The notes: generated by a model not told the origin, from the sequence alone. A DNA stretch of 64,000 nt from an uncultured virus (IMG/VR IMGVR_UViG_3300026478_000873) (IMGVR_UViG_3300026478_000873), one strand, 5' to 3'. Positions 18,017 to 26,296 are shown, counted from the first letter of the stretch. Program-made: numbers and translations.

Positions 18017-18481
18017 TTGGCACACTGTCATTGTTGCCCCCTTCCATTGTCTGATTTTACGTTCTCCACTGCCGAAGCCTTCCTGCGAGAGGCTGCTGCA
18101 GCCAAGCAAAGCAAGCGTGATGCCATCTCTGCTTCCATTGCGCCCCACATTGCTGACCATGGCACGGTAGGCATTCCGCCTAGGCTCCACAAGGGCATCG
18201 ATAAGCTCCTGGAGCGCTATGGCGATGAGGCTTATCGCCAGGTGGCACTGTACTGCCTGGGTAAGTGGTTTGAAGCTCATACGGAAGCAGCAGAGGATCT
18301 TTTTGCCACTGGTCAAATGCCGGAAGCAGTGGCTTGCATGATGGATGCCACTCGCATTTCAGACAGCCTCCATCTCGTTTGTGAAGTGGGAAGTCTCGGC
18401 GGTGATCAAGATTGGAAAATTATGCTAGAGGAAGAACTCTCTCAAGCCATTCTTGAACACATCGAGGAAGATTGTTTATGA
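18017..18481 (+). CDS. hypothetical protein
   Basis: Protein-like ORF; start uncertain. Confidence 0.6.
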   Translation: MAHCHCCPLPLSDFTFSTAEAFLREAAAAKQSKRDAISASIAPHIADHGTVGIPPRLHKGIDKLLERYGDEAYRQVALYCLGKWFEAHTEAAEDLFATGQMPEAVACMMDATRISDSLHLVCEVGSLGGDQDWKIMLEEELSQAILEHIEEDCL

Positions 18482-18654
18482 CGCCATGTCGCACCTTCAA
18501 AATTACCACTTCTGAAGGTAAAACCATTGCCCTGGGCGCAATGTCTCCAAAGCAAGCTGAACACTTCATGCTTGCAATGCGCCCTGATATCAAAATTGCA
18601 ATGATTGAAGAGATAAAGCCTCTTCCCGAACCTTCCGCTGATCAATGGGAATGA
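18478..18654 (+). CDS. hypothetical protein
   Basis: ATGA-coupled ORF. Confidence 0.55.
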   Translation: MTPCRTFKITTSEGKTIALGAMSPKQAEHFMLAMRPDIKIAMIEEIKPLPEPSADQWE

Positions 18655-18818
18655 ATGATTTCATTGGCTTAATTTGCACCAGCGATTGGGGAACAATGTG
18701 GTTCGGCCCACTTTCTATTAGCTGGCAGAACAGCATGGGCATGTATTCCTTGCTTCCTCGTCGCGAATGGGGAAACGTGCTTATCATCTTCCAAGATCGT
18801 GAATTCCTTCTCCATTGA
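18651..18818 (+). CDS. small hypothetical protein
   Basis: ATGA-coupled 55-aa ORF (MNDFIGLICTSDWG...), not in ORF track. Confidence 0.5.
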   Translation: MNDFIGLICTSDWGTMWFGPLSISWQNSMGMYSLLPRREWGNVLIIFQDREFLLH

Positions 18819-18824
18819 TTTTTC

Positions 18825-19265
18825 ATGGACTCGCATCAGCCTTCCTTCATTGTTGAAGGCACACCATTGGCCCCCACAGTTCATATTGTGCTTCCTCCTG
18901 AGCTTCAGGAAGATGCCAAAGCTCTAGCAGCAGAAAACGTGCATCCTGCTTGGTCTAAGGCCCATCGTCGTGGTCGCCATTTCGTGATAACGACCAATTT
19001 GCTAGATGATCTTTCTGAGTTAGCGGACTATGCCCGCGTGGGCATTGAAGAGCCAGAGCCTGATCTTTCCAAGCGGAAGCGCCAGGCTTTGCAAATTCTC
19101 CTAGACAGGACCAACAGGCATGCCGTGTTGGAGCCCATGGGCACTTGCCATTGCATTGCTACCAAATGGCGAGACAAGCCATTGCCTAGCCACAAAGCTG
19201 CCTATCGCACCACGCTAGAACTCAGGGAAAAGGCAGGCAATGTAAAGAATTGTTACAACGCTTGA
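18825..19265 (+). CDS. hypothetical protein
   Basis: 146-aa ORF. Confidence 0.6.
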   Translation: MDSHQPSFIVEGTPLAPTVHIVLPPELQEDAKALAAENVHPAWSKAHRRGRHFVITTNLLDDLSELADYARVGIEEPEPDLSKRKRQALQILLDRTNRHAVLEPMGTCHCIATKWRDKPLPSHKAAYRTTLELREKAGNVKNCYNA

Positions 19266-19337
19266 CCTTGCCTGCTGAAGTCGGCATACTACTGGGCATG
19301 CGGGCGAGAGCTTGCATACCCTTTCTCTTTCAAACAG
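19239..19337 (+). promoter_or_regulatory. promoter module: HLR1-like box, TTGACC-17-CATACT, 5' hairpin
   Basis: AATGTAAA-GA-ATTGTTAC; hairpin ATGCGGGC-GAGA-GCTTGCAT. Confidence 0.7.
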
Positions 19338-19673
19338 ATGACTACAAGGTTTTATCATTGGTTAGGCGAAGAAGGCGGCATTAGCGCCTTTCATGGCAAC
19401 AATCTTGTGATGAGCCTCGGCTCTCCCATGGTCAATGTCAATATCAGCCTTCAAGAGCTACAAGAATTTATCTGCACATTAGAAAAGGCTTCTGATGAAG
19501 AGCCTAACGTTGTGCAGCAAATAGCTCTTAATTCTATTCGCCACGTATTTCAAGCAGCTCTGCAGCATCACAAGAAGGACCATGAAGCCCTCGTCGAAGA
19601 AGCTCCTACTGGCGCAGATCTGGAAGAATATCTGCTTGCTTACGCGCGTGCCGTCAAAGAAGGAGCTCTGTGA
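19338..19673 (+). CDS. hypothetical early protein
   Basis: Follows the promoter module. Confidence 0.65.
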   Translation: MTTRFYHWLGEEGGISAFHGNNLVMSLGSPMVNVNISLQELQEFICTLEKASDEEPNVVQQIALNSIRHVFQAALQHHKKDHEALVEEAPTGADLEEYLLAYARAVKEGAL

Positions 19674-19876
19674 TCATGGGCTTGCTTAAAAATCAGGAAG
19701 CTATTCGCGACTATTCCTACATTGAACTTGCCATTGATTTCGGCAGGCGCATCACTGCAGAAGAAATCTTTGCCTTCACAGAGCGCATAAGAGACGAAGT
19801 GGAACAACATGCTGGTATTGATTATTGCGTAAATATTAAACGCATTGACCTTGAATTCCCGGAGGATGAACAATGA
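19670..19876 (+). CDS. hypothetical protein
   Basis: Coupled ORF. Confidence 0.55.
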   Translation: MIMGLLKNQEAIRDYSYIELAIDFGRRITAEEIFAFTERIRDEVEQHAGIDYCVNIKRIDLEFPEDEQ

Positions 19877-20037
19877 TTTGTGAAGAATATGAAAACGATC
19901 CCGAGCTTGATTGGGAGCGTCCTCAGCGCTTAAACAGACAGCTTTCTCTGCAACAGTTGGAGAGTCGTCTTGAGCTATGGAAACAAAAGCATGAGGATAT
20001 ATGTCTTAAGCTCTATCGTGCCGCCACTGGCATTTAA
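19873..20037 (+). CDS. small hypothetical protein
   Basis: ATGA-coupled 54-aa ORF, not in ORF track. Confidence 0.5.
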   Translation: MICEEYENDPELDWERPQRLNRQLSLQQLESRLELWKQKHEDICLKLYRAATGI

Positions 20038-20039
20038 TC

Positions 20040-20279
20040 ATGGCTACCAAACTTCAGGAAATGATTGGCGAAACGATTTGTCAAGAGCCAAACAGTAGCT
20101 ACGTGGCGGAAGTCATTGAAACAATGGCAAAATGGTTTGATTTTGTTTTAGAAGACATAGGCATTGAACCATCGGCCATCCCTGCTCTTCTCCGTTGGCA
20201 ATATCATGAAACGGACTGGCCAGATTTTGGAGAATCCATTTTGCCTCCAGAAGATGCTTTTGAAATTAACCACGAGTAG
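20040..20279 (+). CDS. hypothetical protein
   Basis: 79-aa ORF; its TAG stop is the first arm of site C. Confidence 0.6.
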   Translation: MATKLQEMIGETICQEPNSSYVAEVIETMAKWFDFVLEDIGIEPSAIPALLRWQYHETDWPDFGESILPPEDAFEINHE

Positions 20280-20688
20280 TCATTACCACTAATCACCCAT
20301 GACACAACAACATCCCATCACCCCACCACCGGAGCTGGTGCAGCAGTGGGACTGCGAATGGAGGGAGCAGCAAAACGCCCCAGTTATCGGCTGGTCGGCC
20401 AATCTTCTTGCCTATGTCGCTGCTCGCGCCGCACAATGGGGCGCCGACCAGGAACTGGAGGCGTGTTGTGAGTGGCTTCACTGGCAAAACCTGGCCACAC
20501 ATCCCGAACTGATCCCTTCGCTCCGCGCCGCCCGCCGCCCCAAGCCACCAAGCTTGAAGGAGCAGGCACTCCTTGCGCTATCGCACCTGCTCGATGGTGC
20601 AGCTCACTCGATGGACACAACGGAGCCTGCCGATTACATCCGCCGCGCCCTTGAACAACTTCCCGACGCCCAGTAGCCACCTTCTCTA
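20277..20688 (+). mobile_element. putative site-bounded gene cassette (sites C 20277-20291 and D 20674-20688)
   Basis: TAGTC-ATTAC-CACTA and TAGCC-ACCTT-CTCTA flank one GC-rich ORF. Confidence 0.6.
20299..20676 (+). CDS. conserved cyanophage hypothetical protein (PITPPPELVQQW / WGADQELEACCEWL family)
   Basis: Recognisable motifs; GC well above neighbours. Confidence 0.75.
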   Translation: MTQQHPITPPPELVQQWDCEWREQQNAPVIGWSANLLAYVAARAAQWGADQELEACCEWLHWQNLATHPELIPSLRAARRPKPPSLKEQALLALSHLLDGAAHSMDTTEPADYIRRALEQLPDAQ

Positions 20689-20691
20689 AAT

Positions 20692-20847
20692 TCAATTAAC
20701 GGCCCCATCAGGGGCCTTTTCTTTTGCCCAGCTATGGTCTCCAGGAATAGGCTCAGTTCCATATTCCCAATCATCATATTGTTCACCATTTCTCAACCAT
20801 CGTGCAAGACGTTCACGCTCTTGCTCTGCAGACAGTTTCCTTTCCAT
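20692..20847 (-). CDS. small hypothetical protein (DDWEYGTEPIP motif)
   Basis: 51-aa ORF from ATG at 20847. Confidence 0.55.
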   Translation of the reverse strand: MERKLSAEQERERLARWLRNGEQYDDWEYGTEPIPGDHSWAKEKAPDGAVN

Positions 20848-20902
20848 AAAGAATCGGCTGGCCTTGTATAGCCTACCTCCGGCTGGCTTTGTATAGGCAC
20901 AA

Positions 20903-21114
20903 AGAAAGGGGGCCAAAGCCCCCTCTCTTTCACAGCCTCCGATACCCAACAACAACTAGGGGAAATCTCCTCGCCTAGAAGGGAAATGTGCCTCTCAGGA
21001 GAATGACTAGCTCCCTGGCAAAGCCATACAGCATTGCCCACACTTCCGTCAAGTGTCCACCCTCACGGCCCGCCTTGCGACAGGAGAAGCAACTAAGCCT
21101 CTAGAACCGACTGC
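20903..21114 (-). ncRNA. candidate ~210-nt structured RNA
   Basis: TATGCT -10 box at 21126-21121; 5'/3' pairing, internal hairpins, terminal hairpin GGGGGC-TTTG-GCCCCC. Confidence 0.5.
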
Positions 21115-21228
21115 TCCATAAGCATAGCATCCCATGACACCCCTGGCAGTTCCCTTGACAATCGTGAGACAATAGGAAGACTGTCGTCCGCGAGGGCGAT
21201 GGGCCTCTCTAGCTATTTCACCATCTTG

Positions 21229-21585
21229 ATGCTTTCACGATTTCTTCTTTCCCTGCTCCTTCTGGCCCCTACCATGCCCGCCCACGCTCTGTCAAGACAA
21301 TGTGGCACTGCCTCTCATTACGGCATTGGTGATGGCTATGACGGACAACGCACTGCTAGTGGCTCTCGGTTCAATGCTTACGGCTCTACTGCTGCCCATC
21401 CATCTCTTCCATTTGGCACGCGCCTTCTCGTTACAAACCGTGACAATGGAAAGCAGACGATTGTCATGATCAATGATCGCGGCCCATATTACGGCGGACG
21501 CATTCTTGATCTCTCCTACGGGAGCTTCTCAAAGCTTGCTTCGCCTGGACAGGGGACTGCCCGCATTTGCTTCTCTCGCATTTGA
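21229..21585 (+). CDS. RlpA-like (DPBB) lytic transglycosylase with signal peptide
   Basis: ASHYG...TASG.RF...TAAHPSLPFGT...INDRGPY..GRILDLS. Confidence 0.9.
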   Translation: MLSRFLLSLLLLAPTMPAHALSRQCGTASHYGIGDGYDGQRTASGSRFNAYGSTAAHPSLPFGTRLLVTNRDNGKQTIVMINDRGPYYGGRILDLSYGSFSKLASPGQGTARICFSRI

Positions 21586-21770
21586 TGACCATGCTTACCA
21601 ACATCGCTTCGTTCATGCTTGTCACCACTGCTTTCGGGCTTGGTGCTTTCGCTATTGTTGCTGCCCCTAATGCAATGCCCAATCACGAGGGCTTGACAAA
21701 ATGCATGCAGCTCCATCCAGAACGGTATTGCCGAATTGCCAATGGCTTCTCGGTGGAACCAAGGCCGTGA
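21585..21770 (+). CDS. small membrane or secreted protein
   Basis: Hydrophobic N-terminus; CMQLHPERYC. Confidence 0.6.
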   Translation: MTMLTNIASFMLVTTAFGLGAFAIVAAPNAMPNHEGLTKCMQLHPERYCRIANGFSVEPRP

Positions 21771-21797
21771 TAGGCTTTGTCACGGAATGTTCTGCTG

Positions 21798-21832
21798 AGC
21801 CCCTTGACAGGGGCTTTTTTGTGGCCTACCAT
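21798..21832 (+). promoter_or_regulatory. terminator-promoter with -35 in the hairpin loop
   Basis: AGCCCC-TTGACA-GGGGCT-TTTTT; TACCAT 17 nt after TTGACA. Confidence 0.7.
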
Positions 21833-21949
21833 TCTGCCGGGTGGAACCACAGCCCCTTCGGGGGCCTTTCACCAGCCCTTTACCAGCGATGGTGCCTCCA
21901 ATGACTTGTACTCCCTTTCCTGACAAATTCCCAGCGTGCTATTTCCCGC

Positions 21950-22144
21950 ATGGTGAAAGACGCATCAGGGTATTCTTTGTCTTGTTATTCCGCTGATGAT
22001 CGCGCTGCTGCTCGCACTAAGCTTCTGGCCATGGTTCCTAAAGCGCCTGATCACGCCCCTGTCAACAAGCCAGCAAAGCGTACAAAGGATTATTTGCGCA
22101 CGTTAGCTGACAGCATGGAAGATAGCGTCTGGAGATTCTTGTAA
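21950..22144 (+). CDS. hypothetical protein
   Basis: 64-aa ORF; start uncertain. Confidence 0.45.
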   Translation: MVKDASGYSLSCYSADDRAAARTKLLAMVPKAPDHAPVNKPAKRTKDYLRTLADSMEDSVWRFL

Positions 22145-22149
22145 TTAAT

Positions 22150-22362
22150 GGGGCAGAGCTGGAATGAAATTGTTCCAATAATGCGCTCCTTGAATATGCT
22201 GGCCACTACTCGGACTATGTGGTGGGGAAAAACAATTGATTGCCGTCAATTGATAATCTAGCCTCTATTCTGAACACAAGGTCCCATCGAGGAGTGTAAG
22301 GAGATCCAGGGTCTGTTCATGCACCTGATAGCCTTGCATTAAGCGCATGCTCGTAAGTCCCC
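22150..22362 (+). ncRNA. candidate ~210-nt structured RNA
   Basis: Closing helix GGGGC-A-GAGC / GCTC-GTAA-GTCCC spans the whole intergenic gap. Confidence 0.4.
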
Positions 22363-22369
22363 AACCATT

Positions 22370-22573
22370 ATGAAATTCTCCGTTGGTTTAGTCGTCGATC
22401 TATATGATTTCGGCTTTAAACAATGGAGAGGGGAATATATCGTGACAAAAATATATCCTGAAACTGGCCTTTACAGAGTAAAGAATGTCAGGACAAATAG
22501 CCAGCAGACGGTTAAAGAAAAAGCTCTCCGCATAGGCCGCCTTGGCCCATTCCGCATTGAAAGCCTCCATTGA
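22370..22573 (+). CDS. small SH3-like hypothetical protein
   Basis: MKFSVG..V pattern. Confidence 0.55.
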   Translation: MKFSVGLVVDLYDFGFKQWRGEYIVTKIYPETGLYRVKNVRTNSQQTVKEKALRIGRLGPFRIESLH

Positions 22574-22656
22574 TTGTTACGAAATATGACAGGCCCCGCT
22601 CAAGGGGCCTTTTTGCTGTATTGTTCTGGGGTGTTCAGGCAGAGATGCCTCCTCTC
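22573..22656 (+). promoter_or_regulatory. repeated early promoter module
   Basis: ATTGTTAC-GA-AATATGAC, GC hairpin, TATTGT, AGGCA-GAGA-TGCCT hairpin, CTCCT leader. Confidence 0.75.
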
Positions 22657-22935
22657 ATGGACAAAACCGCTCTTATCAAGCAGTTCATCTTCAACGCTGG
22701 CAGCAGCATCGTCAGCGTGGAATTCATCAAGGCTGATGGTTCCGTTCGTCGCCTCCAGTTCAATCCCCGCGACAGCAAGGAAATCAAGGGCACTGGCACT
22801 CCCATAAAGAAGCCCAGCATCGTGCGTTGCCGCGATTTTCGCATTGCTCGCACTGCAGGCGAAGGTGCATGGCGCTCCTTTGATTGCGAGCGCGTGATCA
22901 GCGTTAAAAGCAACGGCCAAGCCATTTATTTCTGA
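22657..22935 (+). CDS. WYL_2 / SH3-fold protein
   Basis: VEFIKADGSVRR...AWRSF..ERV. Confidence 0.7.
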   Translation: MDKTALIKQFIFNAGSSIVSVEFIKADGSVRRLQFNPRDSKEIKGTGTPIKKPSIVRCRDFRIARTAGEGAWRSFDCERVISVKSNGQAIYF

Positions 22936-23011
22936 TTGTTACAACGGGGCCGCAAAGCCCCAAGCTGATATATAGTTCTCTCAACGGCAGAGATGCCTCC
23001 TCCCAAGTTCC
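22925..23011 (+). promoter_or_regulatory. repeated early promoter module
   Basis: ATTGTTAC, GGGGC/GCCCC hairpin, TATAGT, GGCA-GAGA-TGCC hairpin, CTCCT leader. Confidence 0.7.
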
Positions 23012-23233
23012 ATGACTTCCTCCTTGCCTCCCATCAAGCGCACCTATCGCGTTTACGTCTGCATCCCCTGGGGCGCAGAAAAGGAATACAAGCGCTTTGA
23101 GACTGTCACTGTCGATGCAGTGGACGAAGCTGCTGCTGCCTATGTGGCACGTGATCGTTATGAACTGTTCGCTCGCGTGCATAACAGCGAAGTGCAGTGC
23201 CGCGTAGAAGAACTGCCTCGCGCTGCCTGGTAA
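23012..23233 (+). CDS. hypothetical early protein
   Basis: Follows promoter module. Confidence 0.65.
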   Translation: MTSSLPPIKRTYRVYVCIPWGAEKEYKRFETVTVDAVDEAAAAYVARDRYELFARVHNSEVQCRVEELPRAAW

Positions 23234-23269
23234 ACCTCCGAACCCTCCGCACCCTCCGCAACCTCCCCA

Positions 23270-23527
23270 ATGGCAATTGTTCCCACTCTCCATCTCAACG
23301 GCACTGGCAAGACAACGCTCCGTGATGAATACGCTGCTGCTTACGATGCGCTCACCAAAGCCCTAGAAGCTTTTGCTTCTACAACGTGCAACGGACGCGA
23401 TTTCTATCCACAAGGCCCTGATGCTTACTATCGGGCTCGTGATGAACGCTCTAAAGCTTTTGGCCATTTAAAAGCAGCAAGGAAATACGTTGGTGAAGTG
23501 CTGATGGGAATTTGCGATCAAATGTGA
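23270..23527 (+). CDS. hypothetical early protein (PTLHLNGT...NGRDFYPQG)
   Basis: Recognisable small phage protein motif. Confidence 0.7.
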   Translation: MAIVPTLHLNGTGKTTLRDEYAAAYDALTKALEAFASTTCNGRDFYPQGPDAYYRARDERSKAFGHLKAARKYVGEVLMGICDQM

Positions 23528-23760
23528 TGGAAACAATGAACTCAGGACTTTCTATCAATCAGCGCAATCTTTATTCCTATTTTCTTGTGCATCAGAAGCG
23601 CAATAAAAATGCGCCATGCTTTATACCGAAAAGCTGCCTCGTTGGCAATCGTTTAGAAACGTATTTAAATGCTCTTACAGCCTTGGAAAGGAAAGGGCTC
23701 ATCCGCGTGGATCGTTCTGCTCCTAACTACACCGGCTGGATCATGCTGCCAGCTTTGTAA
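23527..23760 (+). CDS. winged-helix-like hypothetical protein
   Basis: AL.ALERKGLIRV. Confidence 0.55.
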   Translation: METMNSGLSINQRNLYSYFLVHQKRNKNAPCFIPKSCLVGNRLETYLNALTALERKGLIRVDRSAPNYTGWIMLPAL

Positions 23761-23843
23761 AGCTTTGTAACAGGCGCCGCTCAAGGCGCCTTCATGCTGT
23801 ATTGTTTGTCCAACGGGGCGCGAGTCCCTCCTTTTCAAGATCA
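23754..23843 (+). promoter_or_regulatory. repeated early promoter module with a perfect HLR1
   Basis: Reverse strand GTTACAAA-GC-TTTACAAA; AGGCGCC/GGCGCCT hairpin; TATTGT at 23800. Confidence 0.8.
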
Positions 23844-24059
23844 ATGACCCTCACCGACAAAGAACAGCTTCTCTACAGCTCCATCCAGGAAGGCATGGAT
23901 GAGCCTGGCTGCGGCTGGCTTCACGAGCTATCTCCTTTCAACAATGATCACGTTTGCGCTGGCGTGCTGAGCGCTTTGATCAGCAAAGGACTAGTACATT
24001 CCTACCAAGACGAAGATTTTCCTGATTGCTACTGGGTGAGCCTGATTGAACAAGCCTGA
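23844..24059 (+). CDS. winged-helix-like early protein
   Basis: MTLTDKEQ...AGVLSALISKGLV. Confidence 0.65.
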   Translation: MTLTDKEQLLYSSIQEGMDEPGCGWLHELSPFNNDHVCAGVLSALISKGLVHSYQDEDFPDCYWVSLIEQA

Positions 24060-24061
24060 GC

Positions 24062-24151
24062 TTTGTAACGATTTATGAACAGGGGGCTTCTGGCCCCCTT
24101 TCTGCTGTATTGTTGTTTCAACGAGGCGCGAGTCTCTCCTTCCCAAGACCA
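24062..24151 (+). promoter_or_regulatory. repeated early promoter module
   Basis: TTTGTAAC-GA-TTTATGAA, AGGGGGC/GCCCCCT hairpin, TATTGT, GAGGC-GCGA-GTCTC hairpin. Confidence 0.75.
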
Positions 24152-24442
24152 ATGACTTCCTATTCCATCCTCTGCACCAACTCCCGCAATGGCGGCCAGT
24201 GCGAGCTTCTCATTGATGCTGCTTCCCCTGAACAGGCTACGCAGCACGTGGCAGATTCCCGCCCCCACTACATCATCAAGACCATCGAACCAGTAGAGCG
24301 CAAATTCGTCTGCCATGGTTTCTGCCGCAGGAATCAGCGTTATGACGCACTTGCATATATCGCCTTCTCTGCTGACCAGGCTCGTTCCGTGTGCCAACAG
24401 CTCCACCCCGATTTCGCCATTGACCGCATCGAGCTTGTGTGA
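24152..24442 (+). CDS. hypothetical early protein with internal duplication
   Basis: Two similar halves (A.SPEQA...RPHY.I..IE / AFSADQA...HPDF.I..IE). Confidence 0.65.
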   Translation: MTSYSILCTNSRNGGQCELLIDAASPEQATQHVADSRPHYIIKTIEPVERKFVCHGFCRRNQRYDALAYIAFSADQARSVCQQLHPDFAIDRIELV

Positions 24443-24526
24443 AGCTTTGTAACAAAGGGGCCATCAGGCCCCTTCTGCATATATATTGGTTTCACTGAGG
24501 CGCGAGCTTCTCCTCTTCTTCTTCCA
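24436..24526 (+). promoter_or_regulatory. repeated early promoter module
   Basis: TGTGTGAA-GC-TTTGTAAC, AAGGGGCC/GGCCCCTT hairpin, TATATT, GAGGC-GCGA-GCTTC hairpin. Confidence 0.75.
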
Positions 24527-24799
24527 ATGACTGACCGTCTTATCTTCACCATGGCTGCCTTCTCCCCCACCCAGGGGCAGTGGTGGCGCTCCTGCGCTCC
24601 TAAAGGCACTGAGCGGCGCGTGAAGCTTGTTGCTTCTTGCCAGGGCTTCTGGCTATGGACAGCAGACTTCCGTGATGCTCGCACCAGCAAGCTACTCACC
24701 AGCAAGTTCTTCTGCACCAAGCCCAACAGCGATGAGCCAGTGGCGCTTTTTGAAAGCGCTGATGATCGCCAGCGTTGGATGCAGAAGCAAACTGCCTGA
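24527..24799 (+). CDS. hypothetical early protein
   Basis: Follows promoter module. Confidence 0.6.
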   Translation: MTDRLIFTMAAFSPTQGQWWRSCAPKGTERRVKLVASCQGFWLWTADFRDARTSKLLTSKFFCTKPNSDEPVALFESADDRQRWMQKQTA

Positions 24800-24845
24800 T
24801 TCGCACAAGGGCCGCCACAAGCGGCCCGCTCTCCTCTTTAAAACA

Positions 24846-25034
24846 ATGCCTGATATTATTTCTATCCTTGCCATTTCAAAGAAAGGCAAATCTCGCATTG
24901 GCAATAGCGTCACTGCTGCCATTGTTGAACAAGACCATCATGACAAGCTATTTATTGTCATTCCTGGCATGAATCAATGTCGATGGATTAAAAAAGACAA
25001 CGATCCCGATTTTCGTATTATTGCTGAGATTTGA
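24846..25034 (+). CDS. small conserved cyanophage protein
   Basis: ISKKGKSR...IVEQ...LF...RWIKK.NDPDF. Confidence 0.65.
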   Translation: MPDIISILAISKKGKSRIGNSVTAAIVEQDHHDKLFIVIPGMNQCRWIKKDNDPDFRIIAEI

Positions 25035-25036
25035 TC

Positions 25037-25336
25037 ATGCTTACTATTGCCACTTTTCAAGACAACGGCCCGTATTTCCCTCCCAGCAAGGGCCGCTACC
25101 AGGCGGCCCGTCTGAGAGACCTGCTATTTCACGTGAGGCTCGCTATGGAGGACAGGGAGGACACTATTGCCATCTTTGACCAGCAAGGCTGCTGCAAAGG
25201 CCTCTGGAGGCGCGATCTGGAGGGGCATGTGGATAGTGCTGGTGATGCCATCATTGACCATGAAGGCTATGAACTGATGCGCCCTGATACCAAGGAGCAA
25301 TGGCTGTTCAATCGCCTGCAGGAGCAGTTCAAATGA
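25037..25336 (+). CDS. hypothetical protein
   Basis: 99-aa ORF. Confidence 0.6.
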   Translation: MLTIATFQDNGPYFPPSKGRYQAARLRDLLFHVRLAMEDREDTIAIFDQQGCCKGLWRRDLEGHVDSAGDAIIDHEGYELMRPDTKEQWLFNRLQEQFK

Positions 25337-25491
25337 TTCTCGTGGACTTTTTCTCCGAAGATTGCTGTAAAGGCACTGAATTGGTGGAAGGCTGGTATTT
25401 CTATGCTGATGATGATGAAAGCTTTGTAGGAGGACCGTTTACCAGCGAAGAAGCCGCCCTAAAGGCGGCTTTTGATGGTCATGGTTGGTAG
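25333..25491 (+). CDS. small hypothetical protein
   Basis: GWYF....GPF.SEE.A motif; ATGA overlap. Confidence 0.6.
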   Translation: MILVDFFSEDCCKGTELVEGWYFYADDDESFVGGPFTSEEAALKAAFDGHGW

Positions 25492-25575
25492 GGAAAATAA
25501 TTGCTAGCATGGCGAAACATCGCGAGATGCCAGTCTCGTGACGTTTCTAACCACTACCAAAGGAGCAGTTTGGCC

Positions 25576-26100
25576 ATGGCTGAATACAAGCATAGCAGCG
25601 TGCCTGCAGGGTTTAAGGAGATCCCTGGGTATGACGGACGCTATTTCATCAATGAGAAGGGCGAGGTGTGGAGCGCCTTTAAAAAGGGATTGATGAGCCC
25701 ACAAACAGACGCTACTCATCCCTATCCATGGGTGTTATTAAGAGAAAATGGCAGATCCCAGCCTCGTACTGTCTATTATTTAATGCGTCTCACTTGGATG
25801 CCTTCTGCGCCCGGCAAAGTTGGAAATAAGAGGGGAGAATGGTGCGTTAATCATGTTGACGGCAACAAGCTTAATAGTCATATCAGTAATCTTGAATGGA
25901 CAACAGCAGAAGACAATGTGAGGCACGCTTGGGATACTGGCTTGAATATGACGACCACAGGTGAAAACGCCAAAAACGCTAAGTTTACCTCTGATCAAGT
26001 GAGGAGAATCCGTCTGCGATTAATCAATTGCGTTCAATCTAAAGAAGGGGCAAGATTTGCCTACATTGGCAGAAGTGAGCACAATTGTAGGCGGCAATAG
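25576..26100 (+). CDS. NUMOD4-HNH homing endonuclease, probably truncated at ~26025
   Basis: IPGYDGRY.I...GEV, VNHVDGNKLN..ISNLEWTT..DN.RHA. Confidence 0.85.
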   Translation: MAEYKHSSVPAGFKEIPGYDGRYFINEKGEVWSAFKKGLMSPQTDATHPYPWVLLRENGRSQPRTVYYLMRLTWMPSAPGKVGNKRGEWCVNHVDGNKLNSHISNLEWTTAEDNVRHAWDTGLNMTTTGENAKNAKFTSDQVRRIRLRLINCVQSKEGARFAYIGRSEHNCRRQ

Positions 26101-26245
26101 CCTCACTTTCTTGCCTGTTTGTGATGGTGACTTGACCGACTTCAGGCCTTCTGATCCTACTGGCGGCCACATCATCGGCCTACGCTTCAAGCTACCCCAC
26201 GGCATCGCCTACACTGACGCCGAAAAATCAGCCTTCTGTATGTAG
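26024..26245 (+). pseudogene. C-terminal fragment of a gp88-like protein
   Basis: IAFNLKKGQDLP...PVCDGDLTDFRPSDP..IIGLRFK; in-frame stop at 26021, no N-terminal part. Confidence 0.6.
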
Positions 26246-26296
26246 CCTGCAGGGCCGCAATTGCGGCCCCATTGTTTACCCTCTCACAATTGCACA

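Noticed and set aside
23233..23268. Short (A)ACCCTCCG tandem repeat
   Set aside because: About four degenerate copies in a leader; no further structure
22571..24526. CRISPR-like array
   Set aside because: Repeats are long and degenerate and are separated by whole genes; no cas genes
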